A DNA stretch of 63,719 nucleotides, filler included. It is 8 parts of 8 records of this genome, joined end to end, with 100 filler letters (N's around TTAATTAATTAA, not from the genome) between each part and the next. Parts side by side here need not be neighbours in the genome. Positions count along the whole stretch, not along the records: positions 58,619 to 63,719 come from SRR31156797_23880; 7 more parts are not named here. One strand, written 5' to 3'. The notes beneath the pieces are model-generated. The model saw only the letters and a list, made by a program, of their open reading frames with translations, ran no database searches and was not told the origin of the DNA. Numbering within the stretch: the stretch's first letter is position 1; each line of letters starts with the position of its first letter. Of this stretch, positions 60,296-63,719 are shown piece by piece. A program made the position numbers and the translations under genes.

Positions 60296-60313
60296 TTTTA
60301 GGAGATAAAACAG

Positions 60314-60820
60314 ATGAATAGAAGAAATTTTTTAGGTTTAGGTTTGGGTGTTGCAGCAGCTGCAATGGTACCTTCACAATTAAGTGCAATTGATTTTAGA
60401 GCTACAAAGCCTGAAGCATGGAAAGTAACAAACCCATTCAAAAAGGGTACTAAAGGTGATTTAGCAGGTGGAGTAACTGATCATAGTGCTATTAAAAAAG
60501 CTATTAAAGAGATTTTTGGATCTGATGCTTTAGATATGAGTGGAGTTAAACTAAAAAGCCCTGCAATTGCAGAAAATGGTGCAGTTGTACCTGTATCGAT
60601 TGAAACAGATAAAAAAGCTACAAAAGTTGCACTTTTACAAAATGCTAACCCTGAAACATTAGTAGCAGTTTGGACAGTTCATGATGGTCAACCTGTTGAT
60701 TACTCAGTAAGAATTAAAATGCAACAAACTGGTGATGTAGTTGCAGTTGTAGAAGCAGATGGTAAATTATATGCAGCATCTAGTAGTACAAAAGTAACTG
60801 CTGGTGGATGTGGTGGTTGA
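60314..60820 (+). CDS. soxY: sulfur carrier SoxY
   Basis: Tat motif NRRNFL; PAIAENGAVVPV; C-terminal KVTAGGCGG. Confidence 0.96.
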   Translation: MNRRNFLGLGLGVAAAAMVPSQLSAIDFRATKPEAWKVTNPFKKGTKGDLAGGVTDHSAIKKAIKEIFGSDALDMSGVKLKSPAIAENGAVVPVSIETDKKATKVALLQNANPETLVAVWTVHDGQPVDYSVRIKMQQTGDVVAVVEADGKLYAASSSTKVTAGGCGG

Positions 60821-60884
60821 TCCAACTCCGAATAAAACAAAAATTATAAAATTAAAAAATATATAAGATAAAGGATTTATTACA

Positions 60885-61193
60885 ATGGCAAACTTAGGTA
60901 AAGCTAGAATTAAAGCAAAAGAAAAAAAAGGTGTTGTTGGTGTTAAAATGATGGGAAAACATCCACAATTAAGTTATCAAGAAGCTGAAAGAGCAAAGAA
61001 AAAAGCAGACTGGATTACTCAAGTTACAGCTACTGTAGGTGGAAAAACTGTATATGAAGCATCTTGTTCTCAATTCTTATCTAAAAACCCTTACTTTAAA
61101 TTTTCATTTAATGGTGCAAAAGGTGAGGAACTAGAAGTTGCGATGACTACACTTTTAGGAGAAAATAAAACTTTTAAAGCAAAAATCAAGTAA
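60885..61193 (+). CDS. soxZ: SoxZ
   Basis: SKNPYFKFSF motif; directly after soxY. Confidence 0.9.
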   Translation: MANLGKARIKAKEKKGVVGVKMMGKHPQLSYQEAERAKKKADWITQVTATVGGKTVYEASCSQFLSKNPYFKFSFNGAKGEELEVAMTTLLGENKTFKAKIK

Positions 61194-61261
61194 GTTTTAG
61201 AAATCTAAAACTACTTATTTTTCAAGTAGTCACAATAATAACAAATACGAAGGGAGAACTT

Positions 61262-62176
61262 ATGTTATTAAAACTAGCTAAAACTTCTGCTCTTGTAGCT
61301 ATTGCAGCTTGTACACTAAATGCAGCTGACTTCAATGCTCAAGCAGAGAAAGATAGAAAAGCTCTTATCAAATATTTTGAGGATAAATTTGCTGACCCAG
61401 AAAAAAATGCAGCAACTTTTTTCCCTTATTCTACTGAAGATGAGTTAAAAAACAATATTCAAGGTGGACTTAAGTGGCAAGATTTTGGTATTGGAAACTA
61501 TGCATTCAATAAAGTTGGTATGGCTTCTTACGAAGAGATCAAAGAGATGCCACCATATGAAGATGCTATAGATAGAGGTGCAGAACTTTATGAAAAGAAA
61601 TTTGCAAATGGAAACTCATTTGCAATCTGTTTTCCAGATCCAGCAATTGGTGGAGACTACCCAATGTTTGATGACGCAAAGCAAGAGGTGGTATCTCTTT
61701 CTTCAGCAATCAACGAATGTTTAACATCTAACGGTGAAAAAAAATGGGGTATGAAAAAAGGTAAAATGGCTGATTTAGAGGCATTTATCGCAAACTCTAC
61801 TAAAGAAGCTGAAAAGAAAGTGAACATTAAAATTGAAAGTGCTGAAGCACAAGCTGCTTATGAAAGAGGAAAAGAGTATTATTACTCACAAAGAGGTTAC
61901 TTAAAGCTTTCATGTGCAACTTGCCACGTTCAAGGTGCTGCTCAAAGAGTTAGAAATGAGTCATTATCTCAACTTCTTGGACATACAACTCACTTCCCAG
62001 TTTATAGACTTAAATGGCAAGGACTTGGAACATTAGAGAGAAGAATGGAAGGTTGTGTTAAAGATCAAGGACAAAATCCTCCAAAACCAAACAGCAAAGA
62101 GATGAAAGAGCTACTATACTTTATGGCATATATGTCAAATGGTATGCAAGTAGACGGTCCAGATATCAGAAAGTAA
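61262..62176 (+). CDS. soxA: SoxA (single CxxCH)
   Basis: RG..KLSCATCH, HFPVYRLKW, LERRMEGC, GPDIRK. Confidence 0.95.
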   Translation: MLLKLAKTSALVAIAACTLNAADFNAQAEKDRKALIKYFEDKFADPEKNAATFFPYSTEDELKNNIQGGLKWQDFGIGNYAFNKVGMASYEEIKEMPPYEDAIDRGAELYEKKFANGNSFAICFPDPAIGGDYPMFDDAKQEVVSLSSAINECLTSNGEKKWGMKKGKMADLEAFIANSTKEAEKKVNIKIESAEAQAAYERGKEYYYSQRGYLKLSCATCHVQGAAQRVRNESLSQLLGHTTHFPVYRLKWQGLGTLERRMEGCVKDQGQNPPKPNSKEMKELLYFMAYMSNGMQVDGPDIRK

Positions 62177-62186
62177 GGGGAGTAAG

Positions 62187-62624
62187 ATGAAAAAATTATA
62201 TACACTAGCAATAACTTCAGCGGTAGCATTATCATTAGCAGGTTGTGCAAGTTCAGGTAGTCTAACTCCTCAAGCAGCTTCAGAGATGGATGTTGAAAAA
62301 CAATGTAATGTAAAAGCAAACGGTATTGAAAAAGTTTTAGCAAATGCAAAAACTTTCAATGCTGCTGCAATTGCAGAAAAAGTTGAATATAGAAGACTTG
62401 GAATCAATAACTCTGATTTAATCATCTCTGTTGAAGAGGGATTAAAAGCTGGAGCTAAAGAAGTTGAACCAAAAAACTTCAAAGGGAAACCAGGAAAACA
62501 AAAGTTTGAGATCGGTTATGCAGCGGAGAGAGCTTGTAAATTTGGTCTATCAGCTTTAATGCAAAAGCATGAAGCTAAATCTACTTGGAGATTGGCTGTA
62601 CCAGGTGATGGTTATACATATTAA
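62187..62624 (+). CDS. uncharacterised lipoprotein between soxA and soxB
   Basis: Lipobox LAGC; 10 nt after soxA; two further Cys. Confidence 0.75.
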   Translation: MKKLYTLAITSAVALSLAGCASSGSLTPQAASEMDVEKQCNVKANGIEKVLANAKTFNAAAIAEKVEYRRLGINNSDLIISVEEGLKAGAKEVEPKNFKGKPGKQKFEIGYAAERACKFGLSALMQKHEAKSTWRLAVPGDGYTY

Positions 62625-62655
62625 TCTTTTAATAGTTACCATTTAAATAAAAATT

Positions 62656-62686
62656 AAAAAAGCCAAGTATTTTACTTGGCTTTTTT
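62656..62686 (+). terminator. intrinsic terminator before soxB
   Basis: AAAAAAGCCAAGTA-TTT-TACTTGGCTTTTTT. Confidence 0.8.
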
Positions 62687-62747
62687 CACGTTATATAAAA
62701 TAAACTATGATAGAATTTATAAATTTTAATAATAAGGAAATGATACA

Positions 62748-63719
62748 ATGAGTAAAATGAGTAGAAGAGAATTTATCTACATGTCTGCAATGTTGGCTGG
62801 AACTGCTCCTGTATTTGCAAATTCACATACAAGAATGGCAAACACTAGTAAAGCTGAGGATTATTATAAACTTGATCCATTTGGAAATGTAAGATTATTA
62901 CATATGACAGATTGTCATGCACAATTACTTCCAGTATATTTTAGAGAGCCAAGTGTTAATATTGGTCTTTTTGAGAACTATGGAAAACCACCACATATCG
63001 TTGGTGATCAACTACTTGACTATTATGGAATCAAAGGTGATAAAAGATTAGAGTATGCTGTATCTTGTGTAAACTTTGACAAACATGCAAAAGCGATGGG
63101 TAGAGTTGGTGGTTTTGCACAACTTAAAACTGTAATTGATCACTTAAGAAAAAGTTTTACAAAACCTGAAAACACTCTTCTTTTAGATGGTGGAGATACT
63201 TGGCAAGGTTCTTGGACTTCTCTTCAAACAAGAGGAAAAGATATGGTTGGAGCTCTTAACATTCTTGGAGCTGATATCTGTGTTGGTCACTGGGAGTTTA
63301 CATATAAAGCTGAAGAGGTTTTAGAGAATGTAAAACTTCTAAAAGGTGAATTCTTAGCACAAAATGTAAAAGTAAAAGAAGAATCTATGTTCAACGGTGT
63401 TGAAGCATATGATGAAGATACTGGGCATGCATTTAAACCATATACAATCAAAGAGATGAATGGTGCAAGAGTTGCAGTTATTGGTCAAGCATTCCCATAT
63501 ACAACTATCGCAAATCCAAAAAGAAATATTCCTGATTGGATGTTTGGTATCAATGAAGGTGCTATGCAAGAGCTTGTTGATGAGATTAGAGAAGAGGAAA
63601 AACCAGATGCGGTTATCGTTCTTTCTCATAATGGTTATGATGTTGATAAAAAAATGGCAGAAGTTTGTTCTGGAATTGACTTTATCATGGGTGGACATAC
63701 ACATGATGGTGTACCTGAA
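62748..63719 (+). CDS. soxB: thiosulfohydrolase SoxB, 3' cut by window edge
   Basis: Not in ORF track. Manual translation MSKMSRREF (Tat), HMTDCHAQLLPVYFREPSVN, LDGGDTWQG, GHWEFTY, LSHNG, GGHTHD. Confidence 0.95.
   Translation, partial: MSKMSRREFIYMSAMLAGTAPVFANSHTRMANTSKAEDYYKLDPFGNVRLLHMTDCHAQLLPVYFREPSVNIGLFENYGKPPHIVGDQLLDYYGIKGDKRLEYAVSCVNFDKHAKAMGRVGGFAQLKTVIDHLRKSFTKPENTLLLDGGDTWQGSWTSLQTRGKDMVGALNILGADICVGHWEFTYKAEEVLENVKLLKGEFLAQNVKVKEESMFNGVEAYDEDTGHAFKPYTIKEMNGARVAVIGQAFPYTTIANPKRNIPDWMFGINEGAMQELVDEIREEEKPDAVIVLSHNGYDVDKKMAEVCSGIDFIMGGHTHDGVPE

Noticed and set aside
63354-63704. 116-aa minus-strand ORF
   Set aside because: Antisense to soxB, which the track missed because it has no stop within the window

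Overview
This window is not one locus. It is eight unrelated contigs joined by seven 100-nt artificial spacers (N44-TTAATTAATTAA-N44), so adjacency across spacers means nothing; the organism labels below are inferred from gene content and composition. (1) 1-9958, Desulfobacterales-like: a two-subunit [FeFe]-hydrogenase operon with a sigma54-type promoter, an ABC transporter, rlmD and cinA. (2) 10059-20176, Vibrio-like housekeeping genes (guaC, nnr, arfA, csp, yaeQ, mscS). (3) 20277-30458, spirochaete-like folK-scpAB-rluB-cmk-rpsA plus a GAF/sigma54 activator and a CHASE2 adenylate cyclase. (4) 30559-36486, Methanosarcinaceae mmcA-rnfCDG with divergent apbE. (5) 36587-44297, deltaproteobacterial flavoprotein, regulator and hydrolase genes, including a split ORF pair that reads as one CxxU selenoprotein. 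(6) 44398-53379, Methanosarcinaceae, carrying a complete-looking SipW/TasA-type extracellular fibre cluster. (7) 53480-58518, bacterial accessory genes. (8) 58619-63719, Arcobacter-like soxD-soxXYZA-orf-soxB. The best candidates for new biology are the methanogen TasA/SipW cluster, the hidden AhpD-like selenoprotein, an MmcA with eight heme motifs, and the HydA paired with a NuoF-FeS/GltD fusion.
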